Assembly (NCBI RefSeq): GCF_000315625.1
Contig: NW_005434612.1
Coordinates: 205,038 to 269,037, forward strand
DNA from: Guillardia theta CCMP2712
Lineage: Eukaryota; Protista; Cryptophyta
Reading direction: 5' to 3'
DNA: 64,000 nt
Shown: piece after piece, positions 38,094-48,636 of the stretch
Layout of the letters: every line of letters begins with the position of its first letter
Position numbering within the stretch: the first letter of the stretch is position 1
Position numbers and translations under genes: made by a program
The notes under the pieces: model-generated
The model's database searches: none
What the model saw: only the letters and a program-made list of their open reading frames with translations
Told to the model about the DNA's origin: nothing

Positions 38094-39709
38094 TCATACA
38101 TTGGAGAAGACACACTCTTCAAAGTCCTGCGCATCAGAACAGCTGCTGCTAGAGTCCAGGAGGTTGTGCCAGTCATGCTCCAGCTCCAGCTCGACAAGCT
38201 CCGTCGTCCATCCTGAACTGTCAACAGGCAAGGAGCCTGCAAGTCGGAATGAGTCGAAGGTGAAGTTTTCCTGCTCCTGATCGGAGGAGCTAGTGATCAT
38301 AACCTGTAGTTCCGACTGTCAGTGGGAGCGCGCGTCAAGTAGCGACAATCACCTCATAATAGCCGGGCTCGGCTCTGCCTGGAAAGTCTTCTCTGCTTCG
38401 ATCTGCAGCAGTGAGCTGCAGAGAAAAACAGCTGGTTCGCTCCTGGCTCTCTAGCAGATCGAAGCTGATTCCTCGATCTTTGCTCTGCAACTGCAAGGGC
38501 GTCAGTGATTCGTGTCGTACGCTCGTCATCGTGCTACCTTAGTATGGGAATCGACGCTGAGAGAGCTGGGGTAGGCTGGTTTGAGGAGAGGAGCAAGAGG
38601 GAAAATCTCCTTTCCTGTTGTTTCGTCCTTGACCCTCCTCTTCTTCCGAGAAGAGTTGAGCGCCTGATTTGACGAGAGCAACGCTGGGGCTGAGACTCTC
38701 CATGCAAGAGAAGCATACATCCGCCTCTTGACGCTCCGCCGTCTTTCCTGGCTCGAGGATTGAGACGAGCTTTCCTCTTGGCTGACGCTGCTTGACTGAA
38801 GTTGACCCCCATGCGCCCCCTCCCTCTTCGGCTCGAGGTCACAGTTGTGTGTATCTGGCATGTGTCAGGTGCGGCGCAGTATCGAGCATGACTCAAGTAC
38901 CTCTAGGCTGTAGCTCGAACAGATCCTTGACGTTGGGGAGAAGAGGAGGAAGGATCTTGATCTTGCTGCGGATCGGCTCTCAGTCTATAATCCTCTCAAC
39001 TCCTTTCACTCACCTCTCACTCCCTTCCGCTTCGCTTGTCGAGTCGACGCTAGACTGCGAGCTTGGCTGATCTGCGTCTGCCTCTGCCCCACTCTTCTCG
39101 CCCCTCAGCTTTCTTCTCAGGATGGAGTTCCAAAAGTTTTTGATGGCGTTATCAGTCCTTCCTGGCACCTGATCCAAAGTGAGCACAGACGAAAGGGTCT
39201 TTCCAGTTTCTTACCAGTTTGGCGATCTCCGCCCACTTATTCCCAAACTTCTCGTGAGCGCTCAAAATGATCTTCTCCTCCTAGTGATAGTGTCAGCAAC
39301 CCCAACATGGTCATATGCGAGCTGTTGCGACCTCGGTCGACCATGGCTGCCTGCTGATCCGCGGGTCGAGCTGGTTGTGCCACCGCTCCCTGATCTGCTT
39401 CGCAGATCTGTTGGGGAAGAATGCAGCCATTTGGCACCAGCGCCGCATGCCCAGCTCTGAGACAAACTTCCTGATGGCTTCGTCCTCCTCTTCTGTCCAT
39501 GGGCACTTGTTCTGTAGCCGATTTCTGGAGGTGAAGGAGTCAGCGAAGCTGCCAGGGTTTTGAGGAAGCACTTACCGCGAGAGGCGATCCCACATGTCAG
39601 ATTCAAGGCTGTGCGAGAATTTAGCTTGCATCTTGGGGAGGAACGGAAAGCTTGGGCATGCAAGGCTCCTTGCGTTGTGAGGAGCTGTTCCCTCGGAACT
39701 AACGAGCAT
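38094..39709 (-). CDS. R2R3-type Myb transcription factor
   Basis: KCPWTEEEDEAIRKFVSELGMRRWCQMAAFFPNRSAKQIRERWHNQLDP, then the spliced second repeat [41 protein letters not shown]. Start is uncertain. Confidence 0.9.
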
Positions 39710-40129
39710 CCAAACCTGTAAAAGTTCAGAATGATGAAAAAGCATTTAGGTTTTCTTTTTCAATCCACTGTGTCGAACTTCGGAAGACTGGGACACTCCC
39801 AGAACTTACAAGAGTTTTCTTGCTACTTTCCTCACCAACGGGATGGCATTCCAACCAGTATTCTTTATTCGACCGAAGGGCATTAAAGTTTTCTCCCATC
39901 GTCATTCTCGCATGTTCCCTTCTTTGACCTTTTGACTCCCTTGCGCCCTCTCTCTCAGGACATCTTCTGACGCATTAGAACTCTTCTCTTCCTCTTCATT
40001 CTCTCTCTCCCCTGCTTCTCTACCCCCATCCTCTCGCCGTCTTCTAGATTCTGCACATGCCACTGCCATGATGGCTCTCGAATATTTCGCAAGGCTAGTC
40101 AATCGAACCCCACCGACTGTGCCGAGGCC

Positions 40130-40600
40130 ATCTGACTCGACGTACCCCTCATTTGTACACTTGTTCACTCTAGGACCCCTGTAAAGCTATGATTTTTGTG
40201 GCTCTCATCACCCGTATCAAGAGTACCCACCCCCTTTCAAACATCACTTTCCTATCCACGTTCTGTCCTCGACCATCCACCCTTGACCCAATGACCCCAC
40301 CTATGAAACTTCCCTCTGGTTGTTAACATTCGCAACCACCCCTACCCCAGAAATTGGGGGAATCTGACAGAGTAATATTCCGCTTGACGACCCCCTATTC
40401 CGTGCACTACCCCCTTGTATGGCCCCAGGACACTTCGCAAGGTTCGGAAGTTCATTTCGGGACGTGGTGGTAGGGGTACCACCCCCGTTCCATGACCACC
40501 CCAGCATCGATAAGTTTACAACACGAATCTTTCTTTCTTTTAACGGACACGAGGGGCCTCCGGTAGTTTCCTAGGACCCTCCTAGCACCCCCCACGGGCC
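40130..40600. promoter_or_regulatory. Cluster of ACCCC(T)AC / GTACCC motifs upstream of Myb
   Basis: GTACCCCT, GTACCCACCCCC, ACCACCCCTACCCC, GGTGGTAGGGGTACCACCCC. Confidence 0.45.
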
Positions 40601-40714
40601 GGGGAAATGTAACACAGCACAGATTGTCCTCGTACTGATTTTTAACTTTGAGTAAGAAAGCGCTGTACAGCAAAGCAACGGTTCAAGCTGCCAAAGCCTC
40701 CGTTACAAAGTTTG

Positions 40715-41625
40715 ATTCCCGGACTCCCGGGAGTCACGGAGTCCGGCCACGGTGACGGGCCCGGGGGGCCGCGGCCGGGTGACTAACTTCCGAATTCAGT
40801 TCGGAAAGAAGAGTCAATGATGGCACACTCAGCGGCCGCCCGGACTGAGACTGACGGAGCACCGTTGAAGTTTGTTGGCCCGGTGACTGACTTGTACTAT
40901 AGTATGCCAAAGTCACGCATATATCACATCCACCTTACTGACGGTTGCCAGTTAGTCACTGTTGAACACACTGCGAACTTTGACCCGGACCACTGACGAC
41001 ATCGGAATCAGAGTCGGTCAGCCTCGCTGGCGGCCCGGCCGGCCCGGGAGCCTGGCCCGGGCCCGGGACTCCGGGGGAACGGCGTAGCAAGACGGCTAGG
41101 AAGCCTCCGTTGAAAGTTCCTCTTCCGAATCACAACCGTGACTGTCACGAACGGTACTAAGTCGCCTTGGTTTACCGGCGGGCAGTGCCTGGCACTGGTG
41201 GCACGGCTGGCCCCCGGCCCTCAGCCACTGAGTCAGTTGGTACGGTACGGTCTGAGTGGAGTCGCCGATGATCCGGGCGCCGCTCCGGCCGGGCCCCCCG
41301 ACTCCGCGGCAAGTAAGTCACACTTCTGAAATACAGTACGGTGCGTTACATCGGACATCAGACTCGAAGTCACACCGTGCCCGTGACAAACAACACTGCC
41401 GAATGTCAGCCGCAGAGTTCCGAGTTCGCCGGGCGTCACTGAGTCAACTGAGTTCACAGTTAACTGAATAATGCCAATGATTTACCGAGGCGAGACTCTT
41501 CAGAGTCGGATCGGACTAGTGGCATTTGATCATCCCGGCAGGATCGCCGGGACAGCCCGGGCCCGGCCCGCGGCAGGCCGGCCAGGGCCCGGCAACCGTG
41601 GTCGGCGGCACCCGGGCGGAAGGAA
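40715..41625. other. Large intergenic CCGG/GANTC/palindrome island
   Basis: About 27 CCGG in ~900 bp by manual count; many short perfect inverted repeats; no credible ORF. Confidence 0.7.
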
Positions 41626-43100
41626 CTTAGCCGCTTGTTGCGTACTTTTCACTGAAGGCTACGCCATTTTCTAGGACCACTTGGCCATATCATTCTATGA
41701 GCCCCCTATAAGTCTACTTCCCCCCCTACCCTCTCTCAACTAGGACCTCACAACCAGGGATCCTATGACCCTATTATGTTTGCAAGTAAGATGTTTACAC
41801 CCACTTTGGTGACACCCACCATGGTACTGCAGCCTTGACTCCAGACAAATGGAGGGGTGGGTCTCTCACTTCATGACCCTACCACCCACACAAAGACATG
41901 CTACCTCTTCCCCCAATCTCAAGATTGATCGAGAACCTTCCAGAGACTGCCAATCCTTGAGTTTGGGTGTGCGAAAACCAAACTTTATTATCTAATTTGA
42001 AATATTGATACAGATTATCAAATGTTCACTGTTTGGTACAGATTTTCAGTGGTCCTTCTACCAACTTGCTAAATTAGATTTAAATTAGTACCACGACAGT
42101 CCTTACTGTACTGGAAGACACTTATCATGCTACGGTCATCATTGCAAATCAATACAAATCAATTAGTGACTAAATTCTGAATTTTGTCTGGACAACCTTC
42201 TTCCGAAGAGGGGTACTGCCTGAATGCACTAATACCAAAAGAGAGTAATTTATCATATTATTTGATGGATGAGTAAAGTATTATACTTAGCTCAAAGCAT
42301 GTGATCTGGACTTTTTGAACAGTATCATGTTTTGAATCTACCCCCCTTACTTTCATCTAGCTGATGGACATGAATTCTCGTTGAGGGGTATTTCAAGGAA
42401 GTTAGTCTTTGTACCCACCCTACGTCTTCCCTGCATTGGCCTTGTAAGGATTGGGTGCCTTGAATAATAGCTGGTGATTGAAGAGTGAAAAGGGACCCCC
42501 CTCGGAATGCTACGTTTCACCTCAAGCAGCCCCGCCGTGATCCTACGCGCAAGCCATGCAGTCTCCTTGAAGATACTGGGAATGGCGGGGCCCTTAGCCT
42601 GGCACATGCACACCCGCCTCGCGATTCCTTCCTCTCTCCCTCGAAATCTTTGATGGGTCCCTGCTTATCCACGAAATATGGCAAACCATGATATTCCTGC
42701 TGCTAGTGTTTTCCTTGGTATGCGTGACGAAAGCATGGCTCCCTCCGCGTTTCGATCTCCTCTGCATTGTTTCGCTGCATTTCATCTGCTCACTGTGGCC
42801 ATGATTGAACTCTGCATCAACACCCCAATCTCTGTACCAAGATGACTCTGACGCTGAACTGTGTCTGCGACTCGTACACGTAGTGTTAGAGAGATGGTGG
42901 CATTTTAGGACTGTTGGAGGTTCCTCAAGAGATAATTTGACGTCCTGCCTGCCCCTGCTGCTTTTCTTTGCACTCACTCACCTTATCCTACTCTTTCTGA
43001 ACATTGCTTGGGTTTTTATCAGCCTGAACTTGGTCTTCCTACCAGAGCAAGGCGACACATAAACAGCATTTGACTGGGAAGCCTAGTCCGTGCCACAGAG

Positions 43101-45708
43101 ATGGCGGGATCTCCTACCATGGAGACAGGGCCAGGATCAGATCAAGATGCGCAACAGAATAATGTAGCGGAAGATGCTGGTCAGGTTGCTAGAAAATCTT
43201 GGAGGGACGTTCTGAATGCCCAGGTTTGTTCCATTTGACTGATAGCTTTGTTCGTGTTCTGAACTATGTTCCGCTCTCAGCCCAAATCAGAAAACAACAA
43301 CAAGCAGATGTTTCAGAACAGAAATAACAAGGGAAGAGAGATTCCTCACAAGGCCAAGCTCATCTCAAATGAGAACAAACCGGTGACTGAGTTGCAATCC
43401 GATTCCAAAGAGCAATCATTCTTGCCGGGATTGCAGACTGAGAGAATGCGAAGCGAAGTCCATGAGCTTGCTAACCCAATCCCCAGTAACTTACAACACT
43501 CTAAAGTTCAGACAGACGTACAGACTGGAGCAATAATCGTTGAAACTGTGGGAGAGCCGTCAATGTCTCAGATGAACCCAGGGAAAACTGAACTCACGCA
43601 CACGACACAACAAGGGATCCCCTTTTCGCATAGTTCAATGGTGTCTCAAGAGCATGATCCAAACGGAGGACCATATGGGCCGGAATCGTTGGGTCCAGAG
43701 CAGCAGGAATTGCTTGACAGAACTTCACTCATGGCGCTTAACGCTGGGGCTGCGGAGTTCAGCCCGTACGGACAACCCATGCATCCGCAAGTAAGATTGA
43801 CGGCGTTGGGGATGGAAAATAGTCGTCTGATGTTTATTTGTAGCATCCGATGCACTTCATGCCTCAGATGAACGGAAACCCACACGTGAGAATCGCTGGA
43901 AGCTCTTTTCAACGTTTCTGACAGTTTCGCTTAGGTGATGGGGCCTGCTCCGTTTGAGATGATGGCGTATTATTCGCAGATGTCTCCTCATGCTCAAGCT
44001 TTTTATGGTATAACAGTTGGTCTGCCCTCAAGGAATCTTTAAACGCTGACTAGGATTGCAGGTCCATATGCTTACCCCATGCAAGACAAGAGTCTGGACA
44101 TGATTCAACTTCAAGGTGTTTGAGCGCTTCTTGACGCTCGTCTTCACTTTTCTCACCATTTGGTAGGAATGCATGGAGGGCCGATGCGAATGCAAGGACC
44201 CATGGACCCCTCTAACCCATACTACGGTTACATGCCTTACCCTTATGCCCCTGCTCCCGGCATGTATCCTGGCGGTCCGTTCGTGGGAGCTCCGCCCTCG
44301 CATGAATTCTGGGCAAACTCTGCTATGCCTCAAGTTGTGGATGCGCAATCTCACCATGCAGTGCAACCCCCTCAGAGTGTTTCTCCTGCTAGCCATCCAG
44401 GTTGCCAGCGAGATGAGAGTTGAAGAGGTGTTTGCTAACAATCTCTGCTCAGGGGGAACCCCAAGCCCAGGCTTCAGTCCGCAAAGACAAGGAAATCGCA
44501 AACTCGATCGTGGAGGCAAATCACAACGAAACAGAGCCGAGGTCGTAAGACAAGATGGGCGCGAGGAGGGCGTCGTCAATGAGGGGAAGTTGCCTCAGGG
44601 AGCCTGTGCTCCCCTCTCTGAGATGGAACAGGTCGGTTCTTTGGTTTCTTCCTTTCCAACTATGCTGATGAGATGAATGTATGCCGATAAGATGAATATT
44701 TGTTGATGAGATGAATGTTGCTGATGAGATGAATATTCCTGATTTGGTGTATGTCTTGGCAGGAGATCTCGCAGATAGGTGAGGTTGAGAGCAAAGTGCT
44801 GGGTTCTGTGATGGAGGAAGCGAAATCAGCAGGCCAGCAAACAAGGACGTCAACTGGCGAACTGGATGAGCAATTTCAGATTAAGCTGACAAGCGCAGGA
44901 CAAGTGGAGGACGCAAGGACAACTGTGATGATCAAGAACATCCCAAACAAATACACCCAAAGGAATCTGTTAGAGCTTATCGATACCAACCATCAAGGAA
45001 CTTACGACTTCTTCTATTTGCCTATTGACTTCAAGAACAAGTGCAACCTTGGATATGCCTTCCTTAACTTCCGTGAAGCTCGTTTTATTGCCAGCTTCGT
45101 CAAGGACTTTGCAGACAAGAGATGGGAGAGGTTCAACTCCGAGAAAGTCTGTGTTGTCACATACGCCAGAATACAGGGCAAGACAGCGCTTATCAACCAT
45201 TTCAGGAGCTCGAGACTGATGCTGAAGCACGAGAAGTATCGCCCGATCGTCTTCTCTGACAATGGAAAGCCAGAGACTATCCCCGCTGTCAATCGATCGC
45301 ATGGCCCCCACCGGTCAGGAAACCCGGGCCGTGGTCAGACCTCGATATCCCTCCGAGCCCCCAATGTCGTACACGGTGAGCAACAGGACCGTCTTGAGCT
45401 CTTGAGCTGATTCCCTTGCTGCAGGCCCCATCCTTGTTTCGGGACCTCCTGGTCTGATGCAGCACTCCATGCTCGCCATGTCGCCGCTCCCCGCTGTGCC
45501 GGGCACTGTCCCACTTGTGCCAACCGCCGGGCAAGTCTCACCGCAAGAGCACGGGCCGGTGGAAGATACTGGCAATCAGGTGCAACGACTTAAAGCCCTT
45601 GCTGAGGAAATTGAATCTTGTATACCGAAGGTGATACCAACCGAGAAGCCTGACTCTATGCCGCGGTCAACTGTTCCTTCGATTACCGTGTCCCCAGCAC
45701 CAGCATGA
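43101..45708 (+). CDS. Mei2-like RNA-binding protein (C-terminal RRM3/RRM_2 only) with PAM2 motif
   Basis: RTTVMIKNIPNKYT...YDFFYLPIDFKNKCNLGYAFLNF...WERFNSEKVCVVTYARIQGK...YRPIVF; upstream LNAGAAEFSP. Confidence 0.9.
44663..44742. repeat. Intronic ~18-19 bp minisatellite (TGCTGATGAGATGAAT..) x4
   Basis: Four degenerate copies visible in a Mei2 intron. Confidence 0.8.
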
Positions 45709-46040
45709 CAGCAGGAGGAGACGAGGAGGAGGCGAGAGTGGCGAAACGTCTCCCTCCTCGATGCTTGCAAGCGTCATGTTGATATTGGGGTCGATCAGAA
45801 GGTGTATTTCGATGTTGTCGGGGAGGATTGTGTGTAGGAAGAAGGGCTGGATGGAATATTGTTTACTAGGCAAGACTTCTCGGCTTCGACTTGCCGCCCT
45901 GTAGGTCAAGGGCAAGCAGGTGGGCAGACAGGAGAGTCAGTGAAGAGGTATGAGTGAGGTGAAACGCTCGTGGGCGAATACAAATACTTTCAATTCCACT
46001 GTTACTACACGGTTACTACACGGTCGACTGCAGCCACATG

Positions 46041-47883
46041 TTATAAGAGGCTCATGAAAGTGAGTTCCAAGGAGTCGTCCCTCGCGCTTCTTCCCTTCCT
46101 TTCTTCCCAGTACCAGGCGTTCGCCTTCTCCCTGCGGGTGCTCAGCTCCTTTCAGCAACCTTGAGCTTCAAACCTTGAGCCTTGGGGCTCTCCGACTTGC
46201 TCTTGCGGAATGATGTCGGCCTTCAACGTCACGTTGGATCGCTCTGTCTGGTCCTCTCCTGCCCTTGGACTTCGTGTGTTTACAGCATCTGTGAGGGAAA
46301 GAGCTGAGAGGGCACAAGGGCTGAGCAGATTGACCTGCGTCGTCGGATTGAAGCTTCTTCTTGTCTGGGTACCTCGCCTTGATTGACACCAGCTGCCCTG
46401 TCGATTTTCTGATTTTCTAGAGTGAAACATGTTACAACGATCGAAGTTAACAAGTGAGTTTGACAGTATTCTTACAACTGGTATGGCTTGATCCGAAGAG
46501 CGCAAGATGTTTTTGATCTCCTCGATAGTGGAGTCTTCAACATTGATGCCGTTTACCTCTACAAACCTGCAGAACATCACAAAAGTCCTCAAAACATCTA
46601 CCACAAGCAAACCTGTCGCCATGCTCGAACATCGGTTTTGAGTTGAAGGTGCCAGACGATGACATGGATGTCGTCATGACTTCTCTTGCTGACTTGAGGG
46701 CCTCCGAGTCTGACTCTTCCCCGGGGATTTTCGCTTGCACGCCTGCTACCTTCCAAGACACGTCGGGCTCCCCCTCTCTGTCCTCGTCGTCGTTGTCCGC
46801 CTCGAAGTTGGTGTTGATGGTGTCCATATAGTGCTCGTGCCTCTGCGCCTTGCTGACCTGCCATGTCGAGCAAAAGGAGGAGCTCAGGATGTGTGAGAGA
46901 GAGCGGGAGGAGAGAGAGAGACGAGAGGAGCGAGAGGAGCCAGGGAGCCAGGGAGCCAAGGAGCCAGGGAGCGAGCCAGGGAGCGAGGGAGGGAGAGAGG
47001 GAGGGGCCACATACTGTTAGGAGTCGGTTCGTTTTCATCAGGTCCATCTTCAGTTGGTAGATGGTTTCTTCTCTTTCCTGTATAGCTCGCCTGAGGTTCA
47101 TTATCTCCTTGCTCGCCGTTTGTTGAAACCCCGCCATCTCTTCCTGCATCCTGTACAAGGCTGTCTCGAGGTGCTTGCTCTCTGCCCTAGAGCTGCTGCT
47201 GTCACGCATAGCAAGACTAGAAGGATCGAAATCTCACTGATCGCTCGGCTCCTGCAGCCTCCCCGCCATCGCCAGTTTCTGCAGTGCAGATCCCCTTGAA
47301 AGGAATGGTATCAGATCTCACCCCATTCAAGCATGTCGACGATACAGCTCTCGCTCTAGCTCTCCGATCCTGCCTTTCAGCTGCTCGCGCTCGTCTCTTG
47401 CCCTCTGTTCAGCGTCTCGCAGCCTGCAAGTCAGCGATCAGAAGGCATCGCCACAACTTCCAGACAGACTCACGTCTTGCTGAAGTTGAGCAGACAGGCA
47501 TCTTTGGTAGCAATGATCTATGGACGCCCGTAAGACGTCAAAGGCAAGATGTTTCATCTTACAGCATTCAGATGCTCGATGTCTTGTTGCATTTCTTGTG
47601 AGTGCCGAAAGAGGTCGGTGGACTCAGGAAGCAGGGCCTGCTGTTGGTATTTTAGTACCTTGACATGTAGTGTTTTATCTCGATATGTTGCTATGCCCGG
47701 CTTCTTCGCCTTCCTCGCAGGGCATCGAATCAGCTTACTCTCCTGATTGTCGATCTAATCGCATCATAGCCGCGTCTACTAGTGGTTCTCGTCACTCCCT
47801 GGGCTACTCCTGCCGATCCGCCGGCCCCTACTGCTCTGAATTTGGCACTTGAGTTGATCATGCCGCTCACGATCAGCTTGCAT
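46041..47883 (-). CDS. Coiled-coil protein with PDZ-like domain
   Basis: Coiled coil LETALYRMQEEM...LKMDL; FEHGDR-FVEVNGINVEDSTIEEIKNILRSS fits the PDZ GD-x-I-x-x-VNG signature. Ends are approximate. Confidence 0.55.
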
Positions 47884-48590
47884 CCCCCGGCCTAACCCCC
47901 GCAGGCCCTACTGAGCTCTCAAACAAGAATCATAACATGGCTATCGCGCTCCTTCCTGAGGCTCCTCACAGCCGCAGTCCGTCACCACCACCGTCACCGT
48001 CACCGTCACTGTAGGCTAAGCTGTGCCCCAGTGCCCCAGTAGGCTGCTAGGAGGCTCAGAGATCGGATCAGATCAGTCTCAGCATCCCTTCAGGCTCTCA
48101 GCCGGCAAGTTGCTCCTATCGCTCATCCAGATCTTCATGTCTTCTGTACCGTAACTTCTCCTCTCCTACGCCGCCCCCTTCTAGCCCGTACCCGGTCCTC
48201 TCCACTAGCTAGCCTGGCGATCCATGGCAGGCTTGTTCCTTAGTAGTAGGGCCGGACCCGGGCCTGCACTCGGAGTCCGGCTCGCCGGAGCCTCGGACTC
48301 GTTCGGCTAAACGCCGATCACCAGCCTTCACTCAAAGTCACCAGCACTACAGTACTTGAATGGAACTTTCCGAGAGTAAAGATTGTGCTTGCAGGATGCA
48401 AATGCATCGCCGTTATTCCACCGACCCCGTGGCCCAGTGGGGTCAGTGCCGGGACACGGTCACGGTCAGTCGCCGAGTCCGCCGTATCCGGCATCATTCA
48501 CGGGTCACCCCGGTGGCCCGCCGCCGGGCGGCGCCCGGCCCGGCCGGCCGCCTCAGTAGCCTGCGCCGGCGGCCGGGCCCTGCCCAAATT
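47820..48590. other. Intergenic CCGG/palindrome/micro-duplication island
   Basis: Dense CCGG at 48250-48580; GCCGGGCG-G-CGCCCGGC at 48523-48539; tandem ACCGTC, GTGCCCCA and GATCA duplications. Confidence 0.6.
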
Positions 48591-48636
48591 TTGCAGCACC
48601 AGCATGAGGGTGATGAAAATTGGTTGAGATTTTGCA

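Noticed and set aside
40715-41674. ORFs, a tRNA or a MITE in the GC-rich island
   Set aside because: ORFs are short and GC-driven; I found no cloverleaf or A/B boxes, terminal inverted repeats or target-site duplication.
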